NCBI GenBank assembly: GCA_965222575.1
Contig: OZ244958.1
Coordinates: forward strand, 992,001-1,056,000
DNA from: Alphaproteobacteria bacterium
GTDB lineage: Bacteria > Pseudomonadota > Alphaproteobacteria > G965222575
Direction of reading: 5' to 3'
DNA: 64,000 nt
Shown in pieces: positions 38,956 to 48,104 of this stretch; position 1 is the stretch's first letter, and each line of letters starts with the position of its first letter. The translations under genes were made by a program, and so were the position numbers. The notes below the pieces were generated by a model. It saw only the letters and a program-made list of their open reading frames with translations. It had not been told where the DNA came from and made no database searches.

Positions 38956-40368
38956 TTACTTGCCAATACAAAAGCTAGAAAAAATTTCTTCTAAGATATC
39001 CTCTGTGTCTGTTTTGCCGAAGAGGCGGTCAAGAGACCTTATGCCTTGTCGTAGGCATTCTGCTTGTGCTTCTATTGGCATTTTCGGAGAAAGAGCAGTT
39101 AAAATTTCCAACGTTTCTTGTGCGACTTGTTGGTGTCGGAGACGTGTCAATGGCCCGGAAGGGGGGGGAAGGGTTTGTTGCTTGAGGCAGTTTTCTATGG
39201 CTTGTGTTAAAGGCTGTATATCCCCTTTCTGAGGGAGAGCGCAGATTGTGACGGATTGCTGTAGGGGGAGATTGAGAGGGGATGGGTCGAGTTGAGATTG
39301 TGTTTTTTTCAGTAGGTCTTTTTTGTTCTTGACTTCTATGATTGCTAGAGAGTCTTCTAAAGCGTTGCGGAGTGTTTTTGTTAAGGGAGGAAAATCAATA
39401 CCCGGGCATCTTATGAGGAGGGCGATATCACATCCTTGGGCTTGGAGGAGCGTTCGTTTTATGGCCTCTTTTTCTAAAGATTTTGAGGAGGAGGAGGAGG
39501 GGGAGGGGGAGGAGGAAGGTGAGGAGGAGGAGGGGTGGTGAAGTTGTTGTAGACCTGCTGTGTCTGCTATGGTGACTGTGAAGGGTCCTATGGGGAGTTC
39601 TATTTCTATGCTATCTCTTGTTGTGCCTGCTATGGAAGAGACGATAGCGGCGTTACGTTTTGTTAAAGCGTTAAAGATACTGGATTTTCCCACATTGGGT
39701 TGTCCTAGGAGGGCGATACGAAATCCGGTACGTACTTGCAGTGACCAACGACTAGCTTTTATGTGAGCAGCAATTGTGTTTGTGAGGGTTTTAGCGCCTT
39801 TGAGACTTTGCTGTTGTAAGTTGTTGGGCAGGTTTTCGTCCACGAAATCGATAGCGGCCTCTAGGCGTGAGAGGCACCATAGAAGTGTTTGTTGCCATTG
39901 TTGGCAAACAGAAGATAAGGAGCCTTCCAGTTGTTCTAAGGCTTGTAGGCGTTGTTGGCTTGAGCGTGCGGACAAGAGGTCACCTAGGGCTTCTGCTTCC
40001 ATGAGGTCGTATTTTCCTGAGTGAAAAGCTCTTTTGGTAAATTCTCCGGGTTCTGCGAGACGTAATCCTTTGCGGTTGCCGAGGTCTTCTAAAACGCTTT
40101 CCAAAACGTTGAGGCTTCCGTGGAGATATAGTTCTACTAAATCTTCGCCGGTGAAGCTTTTAGGGGCTTTGAACCACATGACTTGGGCGTAATCAAGCAG
40201 CTTTCCATCACGCCCCCATAATTTGTGTACAACACCTGTTCGTACAGGGGGAAGAGGTCTTTTTATCAGTGAGGTTAAAATCTCTTTACTCATGCTCCCT
40301 GATAGTCTTACAATCCCAAGTGCAGAGACACCAAATGGGGTTGAAAGGGCATAGATTGTATCAGGCAT
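38956..40368 (-). CDS. mnmE: tRNA modification GTPase MnmE (TrmE) with a Ser/Pro insertion
   Basis: DTIYALST, SFTGED, GQPNVGKSS, GTTRD and DTAG; C-terminal FCIGK. Confidence 0.95.
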   Translation of the reverse strand: MPDTIYALSTPFGVSALGIVRLSGSMSKEILTSLIKRPLPPVRTGVVHKLWGRDGKLLDYAQVMWFKAPKSFTGEDLVELYLHGSLNVLESVLEDLGNRKGLRLAEPGEFTKRAFHSGKYDLMEAEALGDLLSARSSQQRLQALEQLEGSLSSVCQQWQQTLLWCLSRLEAAIDFVDENLPNNLQQQSLKGAKTLTNTIAAHIKASRWSLQVRTGFRIALLGQPNVGKSSIFNALTKRNAAIVSSIAGTTRDSIEIELPIGPFTVTIADTAGLQQLHHPSSSSPSSSPSPSSSSSKSLEKEAIKRTLLQAQGCDIALLIRCPGIDFPPLTKTLRNALEDSLAIIEVKNKKDLLKKTQSQLDPSPLNLPLQQSVTICALPQKGDIQPLTQAIENCLKQQTLPPPSGPLTRLRHQQVAQETLEILTALSPKMPIEAQAECLRQGIRSLDRLFGKTDTEDILEEIFSSFCIGK

Positions 40369-40567
40369 GCCATTACCTCCCTTGCTCTCGCCAAGCAACA
40401 ACCGATTGAAAGTCTGTAACACAACAAGTTACAATAAAATCACAACTATTGAAAGACTAATCAGGTGGTTATAGGAACACTATTGATTCAGGGGGGGAAG
40501 TCAGTATACTTAGAGTTCGGGATGGTGTATACTGAGAGAAGTTTTTTGTGAGGGATTCTGGAATTGG

Positions 40568-40843
40568 ATGAAAAAATCTTGTCTTATAAAGCAGTTGAAA
40601 CAAGACTATCCTTATTGGCGGGATGAAGACTTAAGGCGTGCGGTGGAGGAGTTTTTTGCTTCTATTATGAGAGCTGTGGGTGAGAAGAAGTCTGTACAGA
40701 TACGGACTTTTGGGACTTTTCTGAACAAGAAGAAGGGGTCGGTGGTTTTAAATAGCATTGTTCATTCTGTACCGCGTGTTGTCCCTGAGCGTGGTGTGCC
40801 TGTTTTTCGGGTTTCAAGGGGGATGAAAAAAGTACTGGAATAG
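40568..40843 (+). CDS. HU/IHF family DNA-binding protein (divergent, IHF-beta-like)
   Basis: MKKSCLI...VQIRTFGTF...VPVFRVSRGMK. Confidence 0.75.
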   Translation: MKKSCLIKQLKQDYPYWRDEDLRRAVEEFFASIMRAVGEKKSVQIRTFGTFLNKKKGSVVLNSIVHSVPRVVPERGVPVFRVSRGMKKVLE

Positions 40844-40853
40844 AGAGAGAGAG

Positions 40854-41225
40854 ATGATGTCTTCTTACGATTCTGATAATATTTTTGCTTCCATTTTGCG
40901 TAATGAGGTACCTTGTAAGCGCGTGTATGAGGATGAATATGCGTTGGCTTTTTGGGATAATGCCCCTTTAGCTGAGACGCATGTGTTGGTGGTTCCTAAG
41001 GGGGAGTGGTTGGAGCTTTGTCATTTTTTGGAGGGTGCTGAGAGAGAGCAGGTGTTGGGATTTTGGGCCGCTGTTGGGAGGACTGTGGATGTTTTAGGTC
41101 TTAGAGAGAAGGGGTTTCGCTTAATCAGCAATTGTGGTGTTGCTGGCGGTCAGGAAGTGCCGCATTTTCATGTACATATTCTTTCTGGGTCTTCTCTACC
41201 TTCTATGAAGGGTCTTTCTTCTTGA
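40854..41225 (+). CDS. hinT: HIT family nucleotide-binding protein
   Basis: YDSDNIFASILR, HVLVVPK and GQEVPHFHVHIL. Confidence 0.9.
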   Translation: MMSSYDSDNIFASILRNEVPCKRVYEDEYALAFWDNAPLAETHVLVVPKGEWLELCHFLEGAEREQVLGFWAAVGRTVDVLGLREKGFRLISNCGVAGGQEVPHFHVHILSGSSLPSMKGLSS

Positions 41226-41233
41226 GGGGTTTT

Positions 41234-43762
41234 ATGTGGCCTATTTTCAAGAAGTGGTTTAGTACGCCTGCGCGGTATCGACTTTCTAAGTATGGAGGGC
41301 AGGTGAAGATGGTTAATGCCATGGAGGCGGAATTTGAGGCTATGGAGGATGGGCAGCTGAGGGCGATGACTGAGACGCTTCGGGAACGTTTGAAGAACGG
41401 GGCGTCTTTAGAGGAGATTCTTCCTGCGGCTTTTGGGGCTGTGCGGGAAGTGTCTAAAAGAGCCCTTGGGCAGCGTCCTTATGATGTCCAGCTGATGGGA
41501 GGCATTGTTCTCAATGAGGGCAATATTGCAGAGATGAAAACAGGAGAGGGGAAGACCTTAGTGGCGACTCTTCCTTCTTATCTGAATGTTCTTGGGGGAA
41601 AATCTGTTCATATTGTGACGGTGAACGATTATCTTGCGCGGCGCGATGAAGTCTGGATGGGCGGGATTTTTCATCGTTTAGGCGTGAAGACGGGCTGTAT
41701 TACCTCTGGCATGAGTTTGGAAGAGAAGAAAAAAGCTTATGAAGCCGATGTGATGTATGGAACGAATAATGAATTTGGCTTTGATTACTTGCGTGATAAC
41801 ATGGCGTTGTCTGAGGAGAATCGCGTTCAGAGGGGGTTTGATTTTGCTATTGTGGATGAAGTGGATTCTATTTTGGTAGATGAGGCTAGGACACCTTTAA
41901 TTATTTCTGGTCCTGCTGAGGATCACACGGATCTTTATAAAGTTATCAATGATTTGGTAAGGAAGTTGGTTAGGGAGGATTATGTTTTGGATGAGAAGCA
42001 GAAGTCTGTGATTTTAAGTGATGGAGGTGTTGAGAAAGCACAGAAGTGGTTAGGGGAAAAGTCTCTGTTACGAGGGGATGATTTGTATGATTATGAGAAT
42101 GTGCAGTTGATGCACCATATCAATCAGTCCTTAAGAGCGCACACGTTATTTAAGCGTGATAAGGATTATATTGTGCGTCAGAATGCTGTTGTGATTATTG
42201 ATGAGTTTACGGGGAGGATGATGCCGGGTCGTCGATTTTCTGGTGGGTTGCATCAGGCTCTTGAGGCTAAGGAGCGGGTATCGATTTTGAAAGAGCAACA
42301 AACATTGTCTTCTATTACTTTTCAGAATTATTTTCGTCTTTATGAGAAGCTTGCTGGTATGACAGGCACGGCGGCCACGGAGGCGGAGGAGTTTTCTGAT
42401 ATTTACAATCTTTCGGTTGTAGAGATTCCCACGCATCGTCCTATGATAAGGGCTGATCTTCAGGATCAGATATATCGTACGAAGGAGGAGAAGCAAGCGT
42501 CTATTATTGGTAGGATTAAGGAGATTGTTAAGACACAACAGCCTCTTTTGGTTGGCACGGCCTCCATTGAGCAATCAGATTATTTTTCATCTTTATTGGA
42601 GAAAGAGGGGTTAGTTCATGAAGTACTCAATGCGCGCAATCATGAGAAAGAAGCGTTTATTATTGCGCAAGCTGGTCGTAAGGGGGCGCTGACGATAGCG
42701 ACGAACATGGCGGGTAGGGGAACGGATATTCAGTTAGGGGGGAATGAAGAGATGTTGATGCAGCAGTTAGAGGAGGGGGATGAGGAAGCGCGCGAGCGGC
42801 TTAAAGAGCAAGTAGCGACGGAGAAGGAGGAGGTTATAAAATTGGGGGGTCTTTATATTTTGGGGACGGAGCGTCATGAGAGTCGTCGTATTGATAATCA
42901 GTTACGGGGGCGTTCGGGACGACAAGGAGACCCGGGGAAGACCTGTTTTTTTCTTAGTTTGGAAGATGATTTGATGCGTGTATTCGGGTCGGAAAAATTG
43001 GAGAATATGTTGAAGAAGCTAGGCTGGGAGAAAGGAGAAAGTCTTGCTCATCCTTGGATTTCACGTTCTTTGGAGAAGGCGCAGGAAAAGATAGAAAACA
43101 GAAATTATGACATCCGTAAGACCTTACTGAAATACGATAATGTTCTCAATGAGCAAAGGACGATTGTTTACCAACAACGTAGAGAGATGATGCAGCAGGA
43201 AAGTGTAGAGGATATTATTGCTGACATTAAGGTTGAGGTGGTAGAGAATTTGTGGAGAGATTATGTGGCGGAGAATCCGACTGGGGAGCGTTTGAATGAG
43301 CTCAAGGAGGTACTGCGGGGGAAGTTTAATGTTGTTGTGAAGGAGGCGTGTGAGACGGCGGAGTCTCTGAAGGAGTTTGTGACAGATGAGATTGATAGGC
43401 GCATTGTGAACAATAGAGTTCTTGTAGGGCAAGAGAATATGGGTGGGATTGAACGGTCTTTTTTGTTACAGGTTGTTGATAGGTGTTGGAAGGATCATAT
43501 GTATAGTTTGGAGATGGTGAGGCAATCTGTGGGGTTACGTGCTTATGGGCAAAAGAATCCCTTAAGTGAGTACAGGAAGGAAGCGTTTCATCTTTTTGAG
43601 AAGTTTTTGCAACAGGTAAGAGAAAGGATTCTACAGATATTGCTGAATATCTCCATTCAGAAGAAGCCTGTTGTACAAGCACCTTCTGTGAAGAAGGTTC
43701 TTGTGAAAGGGAAAAAGGGTAATCCGCAGCAGAGGGGGCGGAAGAAAGGCAGGAGGCGTTAG
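41234..43762 (+). CDS. secA: Preprotein translocase ATPase SecA
   Basis: MKTGEGKT, DEVDSILVDEARTPLIISG, ATNMAGRGTDI and QLRGRSGRQGDPG. Confidence 0.97.
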   Translation: MWPIFKKWFSTPARYRLSKYGGQVKMVNAMEAEFEAMEDGQLRAMTETLRERLKNGASLEEILPAAFGAVREVSKRALGQRPYDVQLMGGIVLNEGNIAEMKTGEGKTLVATLPSYLNVLGGKSVHIVTVNDYLARRDEVWMGGIFHRLGVKTGCITSGMSLEEKKKAYEADVMYGTNNEFGFDYLRDNMALSEENRVQRGFDFAIVDEVDSILVDEARTPLIISGPAEDHTDLYKVINDLVRKLVREDYVLDEKQKSVILSDGGVEKAQKWLGEKSLLRGDDLYDYENVQLMHHINQSLRAHTLFKRDKDYIVRQNAVVIIDEFTGRMMPGRRFSGGLHQALEAKERVSILKEQQTLSSITFQNYFRLYEKLAGMTGTAATEAEEFSDIYNLSVVEIPTHRPMIRADLQDQIYRTKEEKQASIIGRIKEIVKTQQPLLVGTASIEQSDYFSSLLEKEGLVHEVLNARNHEKEAFIIAQAGRKGALTIATNMAGRGTDIQLGGNEEMLMQQLEEGDEEARERLKEQVATEKEEVIKLGGLYILGTERHESRRIDNQLRGRSGRQGDPGKTCFFLSLEDDLMRVFGSEKLENMLKKLGWEKGESLAHPWISRSLEKAQEKIENRNYDIRKTLLKYDNVLNEQRTIVYQQRREMMQQESVEDIIADIKVEVVENLWRDYVAENPTGERLNELKEVLRGKFNVVVKEACETAESLKEFVTDEIDRRIVNNRVLVGQENMGGIERSFLLQVVDRCWKDHMYSLEMVRQSVGLRAYGQKNPLSEYRKEAFHLFEKFLQQVRERILQILLNISIQKKPVVQAPSVKKVLVKGKKGNPQQRGRKKGRRR

Positions 43763-43770
43763 GAGGTAAC

Positions 43771-44787
43771 ATGGTGGAGAAATTAGAGCAACAGCAACAA
43801 GAACAAGAACAAGAACAGTCTTCATCTCGTGTTGATTATTTGGAGTTTGAAGCGCCGATTTTGGTGTTGGAAGAAGAACTGCAATCTTTGGAAGAGAAGG
43901 CCCAAGTTGGTGAAGGTGAGGATGTTGAAAAGGATATAGGGCTTTTGAAGCAAAAGATTCGTGGGATGACTGAGAAGGTTTATAGCTCTTTGTCTCCTTG
44001 GCAGACAGTACAAGTTGCCCGTTGTGAGTCCCGTCCTCATACGACGGATTATATAGCGGAGCTTATTGATAATTTTGAGCCCTTGGCAGGCGATCAGTTA
44101 TTTTCTGAAGATGTATCTATTATAGGGGGGATTGGGAAATTTCAAGGACAGTCTGTTGTGGTGATTGGGAACAATAAAGGGGAGGTGTTAGAGGAGAAGG
44201 TTAAGAGCAATTTTGGGATGGCTAAGCCTGAAGGGTATAGAAAAGCGGTACGGCTGATGAATCTAGCGGAGAGATTTTCTTTTCCTTTGATTACTTTTGT
44301 GGATACGCCCGGTGCCTATCCGGGTATAGATGCAGAGCAAAGAGGACAAGCGGTAGCATTAGCCAAGGCCATTGAACGTAGCTTTACACTGAAAATCCCT
44401 TCTGTGTCCTTTATTATCGGAGAAGGGGGGAGTGGAGGTGCTGTAGCGTTAGCGTGTTCTTCAGTGGTGTGCATGCTAGAGTATGCCATTTATTCTGTGA
44501 TTTCTCCTGAAGGATGTGCTTCTATTTTGTGGCGTGATGTGACTAAGAAGGAAGAAGCGGCTCGTAACTTGAAACTCAGAGCGCAGGATATGAAGGCCTT
44601 TGGTATTGTCGATAGAATCTTGGAAGAGCCTCTAGGAGGGGCGCACAGGAATTCTAAGACAATGATTCACTCTTTAGGAAAAGTCCTTTGCGAGGAAATG
44701 CAAAAACTCTCTTCTCTTTCTCCTGGGCAATTACAGGAAAATCGTAGAGAACGATTTCTCAGTATTGCTAAAGTCTTTGATAAATAA
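43771..44787 (+). CDS. accA: Acetyl-CoA carboxylase carboxyltransferase alpha subunit
   Basis: YLEFEAP, FGMAKPEGYRKA, GEGGSGGA and YSVISPEG. Confidence 0.96.
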   Translation: MVEKLEQQQQEQEQEQSSSRVDYLEFEAPILVLEEELQSLEEKAQVGEGEDVEKDIGLLKQKIRGMTEKVYSSLSPWQTVQVARCESRPHTTDYIAELIDNFEPLAGDQLFSEDVSIIGGIGKFQGQSVVVIGNNKGEVLEEKVKSNFGMAKPEGYRKAVRLMNLAERFSFPLITFVDTPGAYPGIDAEQRGQAVALAKAIERSFTLKIPSVSFIIGEGGSGGAVALACSSVVCMLEYAIYSVISPEGCASILWRDVTKKEEAARNLKLRAQDMKAFGIVDRILEEPLGGAHRNSKTMIHSLGKVLCEEMQKLSSLSPGQLQENRRERFLSIAKVFDK

Positions 44788-44791
44788 GCCC

Positions 44792-45055
44792 TCACACTGT
44801 GGGTAAAAGATCCAAAATTGACAAGGTATAATTATAAAGCTCCATGCCAACCCATCGTGCTGTTAAAAAGATAGTAAACGTTACGGCTATGAGCTTAATG
44901 GCAAAGGAAAGCGTTTGTTCTTGAATTTGTGTAAGAGCCTGTAGCAGGCTTACCAACGTCCCAATGCCCGCTGCTACAATAATAGGAGGCAAAGACAACA
45001 TTAAAATCAATACCAACGCTTTAGAGGTAATAATCACAATATCAGCTTCATTCAT
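44792..45055 (-). CDS. sctS: Type III secretion export apparatus protein SctS
   Basis: LVSLLQALTQIQEQTLSFAIKL. Confidence 0.9.
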   Translation of the reverse strand: MNEADIVIITSKALVLILMLSLPPIIVAAGIGTLVSLLQALTQIQEQTLSFAIKLIAVTFTIFLTARWVGMELYNYTLSILDLLPTV

Positions 45056-45070
45056 ACTCCCTCATTCTAC

Positions 45071-45718
45071 TTACTGATAGGATAGAACTAGTCCCTTAAT
45101 AAGTCGTGTCCAACCATCTACCATGACGAATAAAAATAGCTTGAACGGTAGCGATATCGTCATAGGAGAAACCATCATCATGCCCATGGCTAATAGAATG
45201 TTAGAGATAATTAAGTCAATAGCAATGAAAGGAAGATAAACCAAAAATCCTATTTGAAAAGCCCCTGTAAGTTCACTAACAGTAAAGGAAGGAATTAAAA
45301 TGAGGAAGCTTTCTCTATCTGTTAAGGAAGCATATTCTTCTGTCCAGAGTTTGGAAGTAGCACGATAGAAAAATTCTGTGACTTTAGGGTCTGTATGTTT
45401 CCGCAAGAAACTAAAGAAGGGTTCTTTGACAGTATTGACAAGATTGATTAATTGTTCGGAATTATCAAAAGAGACCTCCATATCTTTCACTAAGTCCCAA
45501 GCCTGATAGCCAACAGGAGCCATAATATAAATAGACAGAATAATAGCCAACCCATTTAAGGCCATGTTAGGAGGAATTTGCTGTACGCCTAAAGCATTTC
45601 GTACTAAAGACAAGACAATCATGAGTTTGACAAAGGAAGTGACCATAATTGCAATGAATGGCACCATGGCTAGGCCTGAAAGAGCAACAATTAAGAGAAT
45701 AGGGTCAGGCGTTGTCAT
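45071..45718 (-). CDS. sctR: Type III secretion export apparatus protein SctR
   Basis: RNALGVQQIPPN, FQIGFLVYLPF and LAMGMMMVSPMTISLPFKL; lacks the long N-terminal signal extension typical of FliP. Confidence 0.93.
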   Translation of the reverse strand: MTTPDPILLIVALSGLAMVPFIAIMVTSFVKLMIVLSLVRNALGVQQIPPNMALNGLAIILSIYIMAPVGYQAWDLVKDMEVSFDNSEQLINLVNTVKEPFFSFLRKHTDPKVTEFFYRATSKLWTEEYASLTDRESFLILIPSFTVSELTGAFQIGFLVYLPFIAIDLIISNILLAMGMMMVSPMTISLPFKLFLFVMVDGWTRLIKGLVLSYQ

Positions 45719-45721
45719 TGT

Positions 45722-46723
45722 TTAGGATGTTGGCTTTTCTGTAGATGTTGGTGTTGCTGGTTTTCCCCTTGTAGGCGGTGGAGTTCCTCCTGCGTCTCTC
45801 CTAAGGGGTGCTGCTGGTTTTCCCCTTGTAGGCGGTGGGGTGACTCCTGCGTCTCTCGGTGCTGCTGGTTTTCCTCCTGTAGGCGGTGGAGTGACACCTG
45901 CGTCTCTCCTAAGAGGTGTTGCTGGTTTTCCTCCTGTAGGCGGTGGAGTGACACCTGCGTTTCTCCTAAGAGGAGGTGCTGCTGGTTTTCCTTCTGTAGG
46001 CGGTGGGGTGACACCTGCGTTTCTCCTAAGAGGAGGTGCTGCTGGTTTTCCTTCTGTAGGCGGTGGAGTGACACCTGCGTTTCTCCTAAGAGGAGGTGCT
46101 GCTGGTTTTCCTCCTGTAGGCGGTGGGGTGACTCCTGCGTCTCTCGGTGCTGCTGGGTTTCCCCCTGTAGGCGGTGGGGTGACACCTGCGTTTCTTCTAA
46201 GAGGAGGTGCTGCTGGTTTTCCTTCTGTAGGCGGTGGGGTGACACCTGCGTCTGGGGGTATTGCGAGTTCTCTTTCTGTAGGGATTGGTATGAGTGCTGT
46301 TGTTTCTGAGTTTGAAATGGGGGGCATCAAAGATTTTAGGGTGGTATTTTTGTCTGGTAGGTGATGTTCAGAGATTTGTACGCCTAGTCCATTGTCTATT
46401 CCTACAATGTTGCCTTTACCAACTGTGACTCCGTTGAGAGAGAGAGAGACAGGGTCTTTTTGTGTATTTTTTAGGGGGAAGATATGGCCTTTATGGAAGG
46501 TAGAAAATTCTTTGAGATTAAAGGATAGGGTTCCTAAAGAGAAGGATAGGGTGAGGGGGAGATGTTGTAGGGTCTGTAAGAATTTTTCTTCGCCTATTAT
46601 AGGAGGATTTTTTTTTATAGTATTGATATCTGTTGTTTTTTCTTTCTCTTGTTTGCCCTGTATTGTGTTGGTGTTAGGAGGGGGAGGGGAGGAGGATGTG
46701 GAAGAGGGAGGTGTCATAATCAA
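45722..46723 (-). CDS. SctQ-like SPOA (FliN/YscQ-C type) protein with a C-terminal Pro-rich tandem repeat
   Basis: LQHLPLTLSFSLG...VSLSLNGVTVGKGNIVGIDNGLGVQI matches a SPOA domain; sits between sctL and sctR. Confidence 0.72.
   Translation of the reverse strand: MIMTPPSSTSSSPPPPNTNTIQGKQEKEKTTDINTIKKNPPIIGEEKFLQTLQHLPLTLSFSLGTLSFNLKEFSTFHKGHIFPLKNTQKDPVSLSLNGVTVGKGNIVGIDNGLGVQISEHHLPDKNTTLKSLMPPISNSETTALIPIPTERELAIPPDAGVTPPPTEGKPAAPPLRRNAGVTPPPTGGNPAAPRDAGVTPPPTGGKPAAPPLRRNAGVTPPPTEGKPAAPPLRRNAGVTPPPTEGKPAAPPLRRNAGVTPPPTGGKPATPLRRDAGVTPPPTGGKPAAPRDAGVTPPPTRGKPAAPLRRDAGGTPPPTRGKPATPTSTEKPTS
45751..46252 (-). repeat. Coding VNTR: nine units of 51, 57 or 60 bp
   Basis: Anchor GTAGGCGGTG on the + strand at 45771, 45828, 45879, 45936, 45996, 46056, 46116, 46167 and 46227; encodes AGVTPPPT(G/E/R)GKPAAP(PLR)R(N/D). 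Confidence 0.95.
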
Positions 46724-47361
46724 GCGGTGTCTCCGAGTTTGCTGATGAGTGCATTGGAGAGTGTTGTGAGCTGGGTGTTGAATCCGGCGTCTACGAGTCC
46801 GATTTCGCTTTCTATGATACAGTCTCCTTTTTGGAGGCGTGCGTCTGCTTTAGCGTCTGCGAAGCGGATGGAGTGAAAGCCTGAGAGAATGTCTGATAGA
46901 CATTCTTCAATGAGTGCGACTTCTAGTGGGCAGAGACGAATGGTGATTTTTTTTTGTTCTTTCATGACGCCGATGCCATTTCTGATGAGGTGTATCATTC
47001 GGGTTTTGACAGGTAGGGAGAAAAAGACTTTTTCTAAAATATTGAGGAGCATTTTCACGGCTTTGCTTTCTACGTGGCTGAAGTGTGAGACGACATCATC
47101 TAGTAGGGAGAGGTTATTTTCTGCGGCTTCTTCAGCGATTTGTTGCAGTCCCTCTTCATATCCTCTCTCACTAGCAGCGGCTAGGTTTTTGCGTGCGGTC
47201 TTGAGAATATTTTGTCCTTGTTGTTGTGCGGCTTGCACAATTTTTGTATCGCAAAATCTGTAAGGGGGGCGTAGAGAAAGAACGGGGGAGGGAATTTCTA
47301 TGAGGAATTCCTCTGGTAGGGTGAAGAAGGGAGCATAAGAAGAGGAAGGGGATGTTATCAT
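46720..47361 (-). CDS. sctL: Type III secretion stator SctL (YscL/FliH family)
   Basis: ERGYEEG, ITIRLCP and DARLQKGDCIIESEIGLVDA. Confidence 0.85.
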   Translation of the reverse strand: MITSPSSSYAPFFTLPEEFLIEIPSPVLSLRPPYRFCDTKIVQAAQQQGQNILKTARKNLAAASERGYEEGLQQIAEEAAENNLSLLDDVVSHFSHVESKAVKMLLNILEKVFFSLPVKTRMIHLIRNGIGVMKEQKKITIRLCPLEVALIEECLSDILSGFHSIRFADAKADARLQKGDCIIESEIGLVDAGFNTQLTTLSNALISKLGDTA

Positions 47362-48104
47362 GAAGAGGGGAAGAGTTTGACAAGACGTCTTAGAAGATAA
47401 AAGCTTCCTTTAGTATCTGGAGTATGTGTTGAAAAGATAGACTGATAATCTTTAGGAAAAACTAACATTAATCGTTCTTTTAAGGGAGGTGATAGAGAGG
47501 AAGTGAGGACTTTGTTGAGGAGGTCAATGCCGATGTATTGGCACTGTTGAGTGATGGCGGCTGGGTTTTTGGTGTTTAGGTTTTGTTTGCAGGTGTGGAG
47601 TGTCTCTTCTCTTATGAAAGGAGAGGGAAAGAAACTGCCCTGACGGGTTATGAGGGTATAGAGGTCTTGTCCTAGGGCTTCTGTGAGGGAGAGGTGGCTT
47701 GCTCTATCGATGTGCTGGCATATCCAGGGAGAAATAGTGAGTGCGCCACTCCACAAACTGAGGCGTAACAGAGTATCAGGAGGGAAAAAGACGAGACTAT
47801 GGAAGGGTTCTACTAGTGTTAAGTCTACTGTGGTTTTGTGAGGTAAGGATTTTAATAACAGGAGGGATAAAACTTTTAGTCCTTCTTTATGTTTTGAGAG
47901 TGTTGCGTAGCCCGGAAGGGATTGCAACCAGCTAGGATGAGCATAGGTAGCAGGCCATGCGTTAAAGTGTAAAAGCTGCTTTTGTTTTTGGGGGGAGAGG
48001 GTAAGAAAGTCTATGGAAACGTAACACTCTGTCTTAGGGTGTTGGCTCTGGGTTTCCATGGGACAGGTTATGAAGTAGCGGTCTGTTTTTTCTTTTTCCA
48101 CCAT
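47358..48104 (-). CDS. sctK: SctK (YscK-like) sorting-platform protein
   Basis: Lies between sctJ and sctL; FNAWPATYAHPSW resembles the YscK N-terminal motif; start uncertain. Confidence 0.65.
   Translation of the reverse strand: MVEKEKTDRYFITCPMETQSQHPKTECYVSIDFLTLSPQKQKQLLHFNAWPATYAHPSWLQSLPGYATLSKHKEGLKVLSLLLLKSLPHKTTVDLTLVEPFHSLVFFPPDTLLRLSLWSGALTISPWICQHIDRASHLSLTEALGQDLYTLITRQGSFFPSPFIREETLHTCKQNLNTKNPAAITQQCQYIGIDLLNKVLTSSLSPPLKERLMLVFPKDYQSIFSTHTPDTKGSFYLLRRLVKLFPSS

Noticed and set aside
40483-40510. G7 run in the spacer of TTGATT-16-TATACT upstream of the HU/IHF gene
   Set aside because: G7-G8 runs are common in this G-skewed sequence, and the downstream genes are housekeeping
45840-46364. 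174 aa Gly-rich ORF on the + strand over the VNTR
   Set aside because: Antisense shadow of an in-frame repeat inside a minus-strand operon
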